Source: Takakia lepidozioides
Taxonomy: Eukaryota; Plantae; Bryophyta
Reading direction: 5' to 3'
Assembly: GCA_030704615.1 (NCBI GenBank)
Contig: CM060733.1
Location: 34,472,001 to 34,536,000, forward strand
DNA: 64,000 nt
Under the pieces are notes generated by a model, which worked only from the letters and a program-made list of their open reading frames with translations, had not been told where the DNA came from and ran no database searches. How positions within the stretch are numbered: the stretch's first letter is position 1; every line of letters begins with the position of its first letter. Shown piece by piece: positions 26,001 through 35,870 of this stretch. The position numbers and the translations under genes are program-made.

Positions 26001-28596
26001 CTTGTACATCTCCGCTGAAAGGATGGTCTTGAAGTTGGTCAAGGGCATCTGCCCTATCCTTTGTATCCTATACAGTGTGTGAACCAAACTCGTTTTGACA
26101 TGCGATGTCTCCGTTCCTTTGCAGAATGATATCTGTAAGTCAGAATGAAATTCAAGGTCTTCAATCAAAGAAGAACGGAATCACAAGTGGAACATGTAGA
26201 ATGAGAAACCAACCTGTTCACATCATTCATTGCCGTCAGAAGACCCATCATGTTCCCGTCACAATCCAGCACCATCGATCGAACAGAGTAATGCCACTCT
26301 TCCTCCTGTGAGTGCAGCCTCCCAATGACAGCCATCCATGCAAGCAAGCGGTGGTTCCCATCCCAAACGTGAAACATCTTTTCCGAGAATGCCTGGGTGG
26401 AAGGTTTCCTGGAGAGAAGAAGTTCGAAGGATTTGTTCAGTTGTCTCCAAATGGGGTCCCAGGAGTCCACGATTGACTGATCCATGAGGAGCTCATTACC
26501 TTTCGAATCCCTAGTAGAAACGTAAAAGACTGCAGATCCATCCAAATACCCATGCACAAACTCGGCCTCCAGCTTGAGAATGTCCTTGACGAGGGGTGTA
26601 CGAACGACGGGCATGGAAACCAACCTACACAGGGGAATCTTCAACCTCCCACCCGGGGCAAGCATACTTTGCACCACAAGCTGAGAGTTTACCTTCTGAC
26701 CCCCCAGCATCTCAGCGGCTTTGCTTTCATAGAACTCATCGTCCACATCAACAATTATCTCCTTCTCCTGACCCGAAGGGACCTCATCTGCCACACTTTG
26801 CATCTTCTCCTGCAGGGTTGTTTATTCAACTTGATATTAGAGAGGCATGAAACGTCGGCTGAGGCATGAAAAAGTGGGCTCAAAGAGTGTGCGTTGACGC
26901 ACACTTTTTTAAGCTGCCAGGTAAGTGTACATTGACCCTCACAGACATGTCCTATGTTGCCGAATTCCACAGAAAAAGACAATGTAAAAGTGGGCTCAAA
27001 CAGTGTGCGCCAACGCACACTGTTTCACTTGCCATGTAAATGATCATTGAACATCTACTTGTGCCAGGTAAGTGTTCATTGTAAACTCCAAGATATGCGG
27101 CCGATTTCGGATGAAAAAAGTGAAAATGTGAGTTCGAAGAGTGTCACATGTACAGCTCAAACAGTGTGCGTTGACGCACACTATTTGAGCTGCCAATGAG
27201 GGATTATTTCATCCTCAGAAACGTGCCCTAAATGCCGAGTTTCAATCGGAAAAACACTTAAATGTAGAGCTCAAACAGTGTGCGCCAACGCACACTGTTT
27301 GAGCTGCCACTGAATGGTTATTTCATCATCATAAACCTGCCCTGGAAGTCCGAATTTAACACCAAAAAGCAGTGACATGTACAGCTCAAACAGTGTGCGC
27401 CAACGCACACTGTTTGAGCTGCCACTGAATGGTTATTTCATCCTCAGAAACGTGCCCTAAATGCCGAATTTCAATCGGAAAGAACACTTTTATGTTCAGC
27501 TCAAACAGTATGCGCCAACGCACACTGTTTGAGCTGCCACTGAATGGTTATTTCATCCTCAGAAACATGCCCTAAATGCCGAATTTCAATCGGAAAAAAC
27601 ACTTACATGTTCAGCTCAAACAGTGTGCGCCAACGCACACTGTTTGAGCTGCCACTGAATGGTTAGTTCATCATCATAAACCTGCCCTGGAAGTCCGAAT
27701 TTAACACCAAAAAAATAGTGACATGTACAGCTCAAACAGTGTGCGCCAACGCACACTGTTTGAGCTGCCACTGAATGGTTATTTCATCATCAGAAACGTG
27801 CCCTAAAGGGCGAATTCAACACGAAGAAAACCGTGACATGTAGAGCTCAAACAGTGTGCGCCAACGCACACTGTTTGAGCTGCCACTGAAGGGTTATGTC
27901 GTCCTGACATACATATCCTGGAAAACCGATATCCAGACGGAAACAGCAGTGAAATGTTCAGCTCAACTCACACTGATTGAGCTTGCAATTTGGGTTGTAT
28001 TGAACCTGCTGTAGTGCCCAAGTTTGGGCGTTTCGCACCTGAACAATCAAGCAAATTGATAGGCCCAAACAGTGTGCGTTGCCGCACACTGTTTGGGCTT
28101 CCAGTTTGCGGTGCTTTCAGCCTGGTGCAGATGTCCTGTGTGGGCTATATTCATATCAGCAACGAAACACAAATGTGGGTCTTAAAGATTTCACCTTTTT
28201 CTTGGCTGCTCCAGAAGACTCCCCAATTGCCGGGGACCCTTTGCGCTTCGGGCTGCTCTCTGCGCCGAGCGTGTACGTGAGCCTCTCCCCCTTCCTCTTT
28301 CCCACAGGCAGACTCCTCGTGAGGCCACCTTCAACATCCTCTTCCATCTCGTCTGTCTCTCCCTCAGATGCGGTGTCCTCTTTATCTGTCCTTGGAACTA
28401 CGGCGGGCTGCTGTTCTTTTGTTGATTCCTGCTCCTCCATCGCCACACTTTCCTCTACTCCCTCTTCTACCTCCTTTTCCTCTTCGTCCACTCTTTCCAT
28501 CCTCATTCTATCTCTGGCTCTATTCCTGTTTCTAGAGCTCGTGAAGTATAGTGACTTCCTTCTCTTCCTCCTCCGCTGGAAACAAGGGCTCCCCAT
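23094..28596 (-). pseudogene. Spliced gene for an acidic N-terminus, ParB/Srx-like domain, helical region and beta-class N4C/N6A DNA methyltransferase-like domain; this copy has stops and frameshifts; start codon uncertain
   Basis: Exon 1 ends 28195 (AAG|GT); exon 2 spans 26809-26214 (CAG|GAG, phase 0) and contains IPLCRL..VR..KL..F..GY and VWDGNHRLLA. Further exons lie in ORFs 25860-26168, 25385-25849, 24927-25388 and 24330-24851. Motif IV-like AELIILDIPDG (DIPD at 24076-24087). WRGARERSPAFIQTIVECCTYTDARVLDLSMGT splices (intron 23288-23403, phase 1) to GASYHACKASARHLFGIEGDAEIY, forming motifs X-I-II. Confidence 0.78.
26876..28100. repeat. Tandem array (~115-bp period) of a 40-bp palindrome CAGCTCAAACAGTGTGCG-N4-CGCACACTGTTTGAGCTG
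   Basis: Palindrome starts at 26876, 26992, 27153, 27267, 27382, 27497, 27612, 27728, 27843, 27959 (internally deleted) and 28061; 18-bp arms, loops CCAA/TTGA/TTGC; ~75-bp related linkers. Confidence 0.97.
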
Positions 28597-29453
28597 GATG
28601 CCTCTAGAGCTCTCCAGTTTGACGTTTGTAACAAGTGCTGCTATGGCATGTAACCAAAATCGAAATTGGACGTTGTCAACCATATTTGGATGCGGGTGTT
28701 GTTATTGTGTGCGAACGGAATTCATCCATTCCGTCGTCTCCGTATTATCCAAGCAATAAAGCGCTAGAAAAAAAGTACATCCGTTGCATGCACTAGCGAT
28801 ATATGTCAGATGTGCTGCGCCGCCTGCCAATACACCGCGGCCTTCTTGCTTTCTTTCAAATTCGGATGTGCCGTAGAAATCTAATGCTAGTTCATTTTCG
28901 AGCAGTTCTTGCAGATCCGCAATAATTGTTATGCTTCACATATGCATCCACGTGTGTTGTACTGCCTACCCTGTGGTTTGCATTTTACCGTTACCGTCGC
29001 CATGGGGTCATTCGGCATAAAGGGTTCTGTCGGATACGACCATGTCTGGCACGCATTCGTGCGAGGTATCTTCTGCAGTGTCAGTGTTTGTGCTGTGCTC
29101 TTCTGGCACAGCACAACCTCATGACATTTGTGGTCTTCCCGTTTACTGCTCTCCAGGGTTGTTGCCGTCTTTTCATAATGGATGGTTTCATGTCGTTTTC
29201 AGTGTTTGTTTTCATCCATAAACAGCACGGCTTCTTGTAGTATTTGAAAACAGTTTTTCTGGTTAGTGCCTATTGGCGTTGCTGTTTCCGAAGTGAAGGT
29301 GCATCTCATCCCTACATCCTTTGCATGCATCACCTGCAACCTTTGGATTGGAGCTACCCTTGTTGACCTCGGTTTGCTTGTCTTAATTCCCCTTTCGGTA
29401 ATTGCGAGCTATCAGTTCGAGGATTCTGCAACTTTCGTTCAGTGAGGGAAAAC

Positions 29454-32421
29454 ATGTCGAGGGAGCGAGATACACTTGCTCGATTCCATTCCAATGCAGG
29501 TACTCTTCCACTGACTGCCACTGCAGACGACGATGGGTTTGCAGTTGTTCATGAGGATGAGCTGGTTACAGTGTTCCCGCTGGAGTTGGGTTCTCTCCTT
29601 GTTCAAAAAGAGGTGTATGACGAGGATGGGAATTTGGATTCTGGGCACTTGGAGAAACCATTGGTTGGCAAGTGTGGAAGAAAGTGGAGAGTCCTTCCAG
29701 GCACATACCGTGTCCTTGGAAAAGAGAGAAGACAATCCGCAGGATCAGTCGTTACCCCTGGCACTGCAACATCGGTCGTGCAACAAAAGGGCACAGTTCC
29801 TGTGAAACAAGAGGTGAGCACATCCACTACCTTCGTGACTCTTTCAAACTTGTCCTCGGAGGATGATTCTGAGATTCCTCCGCCAGTGCAGACTCCGTCA
29901 TTGGATGATGACGAATTGCAAGAGATAACGAGTGTCATTCCAAAATTGAAAGCCCTCACAGGTGTGCCTGGGTGCAAGAGCGAGCTGCGTTTTGTTGATT
30001 GGGAGTCCCTTCCTGTGCAACGGGTTCAATACGTGCCAGCACAGTTTGATGGGGACATCCTGTTTGAGCTCAACCCTCCCACCTCTTCCACTGGACTGGC
30101 TGGGCTTTTACAGGGCATGGACAAGAAACATGACGGACATCCTTGGTGCAGGACAAAAACGTCGAACATCCATAACGACATTGGCTTGAAATTTCGGAGG
30201 TCAGTCTGCGTTGGGCATTGTAAGTGCCAAAATATTTCTTGCCCTCGCCTGAGAAACAACGCTCAACCAAACAAAAGTGAGTGGGAAGGTGTGCCCCTGA
30301 ATCCTTTCACCCCAGGGCTTGCCCCTCCCAGGACCAATACTTTCGTGTGCAGGTTCTGCAAACTTTCCCCGTCCTGTGTTTCTGTGTGCCACGCTCGTAT
30401 GTATCAGGTGGCACACCGATGCAAGACAATGACTCGTGCCTGCATTCATATGGGTGCACACGAGCATCCTGTGTCCAAAGGAAGTTGCAGGGATAGCGTG
30501 GACATCGCTAGAAATCTACTGAAGCAGGAGTTCCACAATGCCCCTTGTGCAACACCTTCTGCTATAGCGCTTGCAGCTAGCAAGGCATTCCTGGAGAAAC
30601 ACATACTGGGTGAAGGGGATGCGACAGAACTTATGCTGGATGCAGATTCGCTTAATGCAGTCATGGACCATTTCTCCGTGTTGAGCTCTCCCAATATTCG
30701 AAACCAGGTGCATGCACTCAGAATGGGCACAGGCACTGCTGGATTCATGGACAACATTATGGACCTGAAACGGAGGAGTCGCTATGAATTCATTCAAAAC
30801 AATATCTTTCCTGGCCAGGGCTCGTCCAAGGTGTATTTGTTTAAGATGTCCGCTGTGGGCAAAGGCAGTGGTGTGAGCATTGTCCGCCGTATGCAACCAG
30901 GAGGAGATTTGGTTAAATGTTGGTTAATGTTTGATCACTGCAAACGAGTGAAGGGTTGGACAACCATGGCGTGCCATGTGTATGATCCGACGTACCAGCG
31001 TGTGCTCTCCATAGCAATTTGTGATATGCAGTCGGAGGACACTGAATCCCAAATGCTCATGTGGAATTCGCTCTTGGCCGTCATGCAGCGCAATGGAATA
31101 CAAAACACAAATTTTGCGGGCTTCATGGCTGATAGTGCACATGCAAATTTCAATGCAGTGCGACGCGTGTTTGGTTCGTGGGATCCTAAGGTCCCAATGG
31201 AAAATAGGGAGCGCACATGCCTCTTCCATTGGATTCAATCTCTGGCACGTCATACAAAGCGCTGCATTCGCCCTGACCTGCAGTTGGAGCACAGAAGGCT
31301 CTGTCTCAAGTACAAGAATGCCACCTCAATGGGAGAAGCTGAGAGCACTTACCAGGCAATCCGGGCTTGGTGGTTCTCCTCTGGTGCTGCAACAGGTACC
31401 CACGTAAAGGAGTTGGAGGACTGGTTGGTTTTCTGGCACTTCAGGTACAGACAGTGGGGAGCTTTCATGACGACGGTAAGCCTCTTCAATCCCAAAAACA
31501 AATTTTTTGCATCATGCCTGTTCATTTGGGGTTCTTCGATTGTCACTTGAAGAACCTCTACCATTTGTTTTCGTTCCTCACATATCCATGCAATGCCTCC
31601 TGCAGGACATGTCCTTGGAGGACTTGGCCGACATGCCATCCTGTAATTTGGCGGAGACTGTTCACAACGCCTGGATGCAGCAGTCTACCAAAGCAGGTCG
31701 TGACTTGTATGTGGCCACTGCTGATGACATGGTGCGTGCACTTACACAACAAACCAGGTACCGCAATTTTCTGATGGGACGGGGTGGAGGCAAGGGCCCT
31801 GATACAACTTTGTTGATGCTAAGGGCTGCGAGTAGGTCCAGAGTCCCGTCAAAGATGGCCAGAGCTCTAAACAGATGCACTGAAGGGTCCGCTCTACAAT
31901 CCAGGATCCCCCATTTGGAAGGCGAGGAAAGATTTGGATCATGCAAAAGGAAATTGAACACTCTTCCAGGGTCAGATGGAGATTCCCATCGGCCAGACAG
32001 GGTCAACTTCTCTGTGCCAAAGGTGTCTCCACTGCAGACTGAGTCGTGTGCCTGCCCCTTCCCAGGTGGGTCCTCCTCCAGTGGAGCAGGTGCAGAACAT
32101 ACAAGCACAGCAGCGGGAATCCCATTGGAGGAGGCGGTGGCCATGGTGCAGGAATCCGATTGCATTGATAGTGAGTGGCAAATAGAACGCACCCCACCAG
32201 GATCTAGAGTGGCTTGCATGGCAATTCGGACCCCCTCATTCAAGAAATGCAAATCAAAGATATGCAAAGGCTCCAGGGGGACTCCAGCTCCAACATTCAC
32301 AGGGTTGTTCCGACCTTATCATAGTGGGGAGTCAAAGGACCACAAATTTTGGTTCTGCCCAGACGATATGGCACGATGCGTGAAGGGAACAGTTCGTCCT
32401 TCGGTGATAATGAAACCCTAG
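29454..32421 (+). CDS. Mutator/MULE-type DDE transposase with Cys/His (GCM/WRKY-like) N-terminal domain; exons 29454-31475 and 31606-32421 (~945 aa); C-terminus probably truncated
   Basis: Zn-binding region CVGHCKCQNISCP..CRFC..C..HMGAHEHP; catalytic-type motifs WLMFDH, FMADS, CLFH and NLAETVHN; phase-0 GT-AG intron 31476-31605. Confidence 0.85.
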
Positions 32422-33719
32422 GTTGGATCGATTCTACACCTCCCTTTCCCTAACACCTGCAATCTGCTCTTGCCCTCAAGAACCCATACCTCTTGGATTC
32501 GATCATGCTCTAGTTTCGGCCACTCTCAAGCTGCCCAACACCCACCCCAGAGGAAGAGGAATTTACAAACTTACCTCTGCTCACCTCAAGATCCCATCTT
32601 TCATAGAAGGCCTCAAGAAAGCGTGGACATCCACTGCCAACATGCTCCCTTGCTCTATCGGCAGATTTCAGGCCAAACTGGCAGCTGCATGCAAGGAAAG
32701 CCAAACCCTAAGTCAGGAGATCACAGCCTCTCAGAAGAAAAAGGCCCAGGCACTTACAAAATGTCTTGGAATATGCCAGAAAAAAATCGAATCTCGCTTC
32801 TGTGATTCCCACACATTTCAAACCTACCTAGATGCGCGCCACAACCTGGACCAATTCCATCTCCAAAGGGAAAAGAAAATGAAGATGCAAGCGGGTATTA
32901 ACCGGTCAACCAAAGGGGAAAAGATGTCTAAATACTTCATCCAGAAGTTGAAACAGCGAATTGCCAATCAAACTATTTCTGAGCTCTACATTGTTCCTGT
33001 TAATACCTCTACAACCTCTATCCCAAGGCAAATGTGTGCCTCGGCTTTCAATCACTTTTCGTCCTTAGGCTGACCCAAAAGACCACCTCTTCCCTGATAG
33101 ACTCAGAGATTGTCTTCGAACCATCCCTCGGTCTCTTCAAGGTGAAGACAATGCCTCCCTAGATAGTGACCTTGACCCCCCAAGAGTTAGAAATCGCCCT
33201 TAAAGCCATGAATAACAACAAAGCTCCGGGTTTGGATGTAATGCCGGTGGAATTCTACAAATCATTGTAGACCACTATTGCAAGGGATTTCTGTGACATG
33301 GCCAACGCCATCAAAGGCCAAGGCTTCATGCTAGAATCAATGACACAAGGAATCATAACTTTGCTCTTTAAGAAAGGCGACAGAGCATCGTTAGGCAACT
33401 ACAGACCTATTACTCTTCTAAACATAGCATAATTGCCAAGACCCTGGCTCTGCGCTTTCAGCCCCTTCTTCCTGCCACGATTAGAACGGGGCAAGTAGGT
33501 TTCGTTAAAGGCAGGTTTATTCTAAACAATGTTCTCTTGGCCCAACAGGCATCAGCCTATGCTACAAACTCTGGCCAAGCTCTTGCACTCTGGCTCCTTG
33601 ATTTTGAAAAAGCATTTGACAGGGTAGACTGGACCTTCCTCATGGCGGTCCTCAAGAAATCAGGGCTCCCTCCCAACTTCTGTCAATGGGTGCAAATACT
33701 CCTGCAAGGAGCCACTTAG
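32418..33719 (+). mobile_element. LINE ORF2 continuation (end of endonuclease and RT N-terminus), decayed and 3'-truncated
   Basis: RLDRFY..FDHALV, NNNKAPGLDVMPVEFYK, GNYRPITLLN, QVGFVKGR, LLDFEKAFDRVDWTFL. Confidence 0.9.
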
Positions 33720-34216
33720 TGTCCATATAATACCAAGAGGCCACTCTTGGGTTACTGTTCCAGGGTTATCCAGCACGGCCTACCGTGAGGAAAGCCTTAT
33801 GGCAACTCTTAAGGGTTTTTTTCCCTTCAAATAATCAAAGCAATAAAGTTTCCCGGGGCACCGTTCCCCGTTCCCCATTTTAAAAAAAAAAAGGGCTTGT
33901 TTTATTCATCCGGCAAAAGGTTAATCCGCCCAACATTGGGAAAAAAAGAAAAAAACTATGGCTCTTTAAATAATTATGTACATTGATTTACCAATATTCA
34001 CCTACCTACATCACTTTATCCGTCCTCCAACCCTTATCACACAATATTTATCCCTTATATTTAAATCGACATAAAGATTATGAAAGAATCATCATTATAA
34101 ATAGCGTATATCCCATCATTTACAATCTTACAAAATCTTTATTGCTTAAACCGGTATGTAATATTCAAGTCATAAAATTATGTTTTATCTGTATGAATGG
34201 CAGGCGCCTTGTTCCC

Positions 34217-34870
34217 GCCTCTCATTTTTAAATAATTGGGAGTTTAAGTCTCATGTGTGGGCCCGGCAGTGCATGGACGTGCGGGTGCGGACGCGGGGTC
34301 ACCCCGACTTTCCCGCGACCACCCGGGGGCTCTGCTTGGGTCTGCTCGCCCGTCCGCGCCGCGCCGGGTCTGCCCGCCTCAGGTCTGCTGGCCGCGCCGC
34401 AATTCGGGTCTGCCCGCCCTTCGGTTTGCTCGCCACGCCAGTCTGCTCAAGGTCTGCTCGCCGCGCCGCAACCCGCCTTGGGACTTAGAAATGTTTCCGG
34501 GAAACTCGCCCACAAAAAAATTCATCATTAATGCATATTCAGCGACAGCCAATGGTAAACCCGCAACCACTTGGACACCACTCTATGCACTTGACCACCA
34601 CACTACCCACTGCTTGCTGCAACATCACAATTTTTTTATCCCTTATTCTATAAACTGCCCCATTTAGCCCCAACGCAACCGGGGATGGTGGACCCACCTG
34701 TGCAGTAGACCATATGCATCGGCAGACCCGGGCCGGGTCAAGACCGGCAGACCCTACCTCGCTGACCCGGACCGGGTCAGGGTGGCGACAGGGCCACCCG
34801 AAACTACCCCAGCCCCTACTATCAGGGCCCACGTGAGCCTTAAACTCCCAATTATTCAACAATGAGAAGT
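34217..34870. mobile_element. Mutator-family MITE (654 bp) with 9-bp target-site duplication
   Basis: TSD CTTGTTCCC at 34208-34216 and 34871-34879; ~45-bp imperfect TIRs (TCTCATT....AATAATTGGGAGTTTAAG.CTCA..GTGGGCCC); inverted subterminal GGTCTGC motifs. Confidence 0.88.
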
Positions 34871-35385
34871 CTTGTTCCCTTCCCCCTCAAATAATCTGAA
34901 AAAAGAAAGAAAAAGGAAACAAGAAAAGAAAAAACTTGGTGGAAGCTCACAATGGGATCACCAAGAGTCACTAGCTGAGTTAAGTGCACTAAGTGCCAGC
35001 CAGGTGACTCCGGGGTCAAATCTTGCTACTTGACGGGTGTGGTATTCTCTTCTCCCCCTTCCCTGGCCAATGTGCCACTTATATGTCTGTATGGCATAGT
35101 TACGGTGAAAAAGGTTTTTTTCTTCTCACTATTAAGGGGCCTGGTTTGTCATCCCAGGCGTTTTCCTTTTGAAAAAAAAATTGAAAAAGAAGAAGATATG
35201 ATCCATAGGCTTTTCAAATCCCTTAAGAACTTAATGTATCTTGATTTGAACCTTGGACGGGCCCGCCAAAAAATAGAAAGAAAACAAATATGGGCATAAC
35301 ATCCTCCAAGCGAAAAGCCCATAGAAACGACGGTGGGTTGGTGCACAACATTATGGGCAAGGACAACCAACACTAAGCCTACTGA

Positions 35386-35553
35386 TAATGGGCACATACC
35401 ACGTTGGATGTGGTTGTGGGTTCAAACCACGGTCTGGTGTGTCATGAAGGTATCCACCTTTCAGCTGAAGGCAGTAGCCCTTGTGATGAAATGACACCAT
35501 AAGTTCCGCTCCTTTCGGGAGGCGTCATATATATATATATATATATATATATA
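35386..35553 (+). mobile_element. Second SINE copy with (TA)n tail, in the CLPTM1 upstream region
   Basis: Aligns with 5870-6008 (AATGGGCACATACCAC..GGGTTCAA..GAAGGCAGTA..TTCGGGAGGCGTCA). Confidence 0.7.
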
Positions 35554-35870
35554 TTCTGGGCAAGTAAATAGAACAAACGCAAGAAAAAAAACAGAAAGAA
35601 ATTAAGATCACCAGATCCGAAGAGAGTGTGAACAGGATCACCTGGGAGCCGGTTATTGTTTTGGTGATGTCAGCCGACCCATAGAAGGCATGCACGTGGC
35701 TCGGGCCAATCACTTGGCGAGGCTGCATTGCAGGGTGTGTGGGCTGCCCCCCCACATCCCCCTCGCTTGCATCGCACACTCGGAGGGGTGTCACGGGGAA
35801 TCGGTGGAGCAAGAGGGGCCGGGACGAGAGACACAAATTTTGGTGCTGGGTTGCAGCTGATCTGCGAGAG

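Larger units (their letters stand above)
22200..32417. mobile_element. ~10.2 kb Mutator-like DNA transposon inserted in the LINE; carries a transposase, a ParB-methyltransferase gene and a palindrome array; right end apparently missing
   Basis: Removing it rejoins the LINE frame as ATC AAG G|CT AGG TTG GAT CGA TTC TAC (IKARLDRFY). Subterminal repeats at the left end; MULE DDE motifs. Confidence 0.8.

Noticed and set aside
26876-28100. CRISPR array
   Set aside because: Linkers are ~75 bp and homologous to each other rather than unique, no cas genes are present, and the context is an intron-containing eukaryotic locus.
23094-28596. Bacterial or phage contamination explaining ParB-MTase
   Set aside because: Motifs are split by in-phase GT-AG introns and the gene is nested within a plant LINE.
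28079-28759. Ser-rich 226-aa plus-strand ORF
   Set aside because: Antisense shadow of the acidic exon 1 on the minus strand.
32410-32425. Helitron 3' end (CTAG) for the 10-kb insertion
   Set aside because: No subterminal hairpin, no A|T target and no Rep/helicase; the CTAG belongs to the LINE codons for (A)RL.
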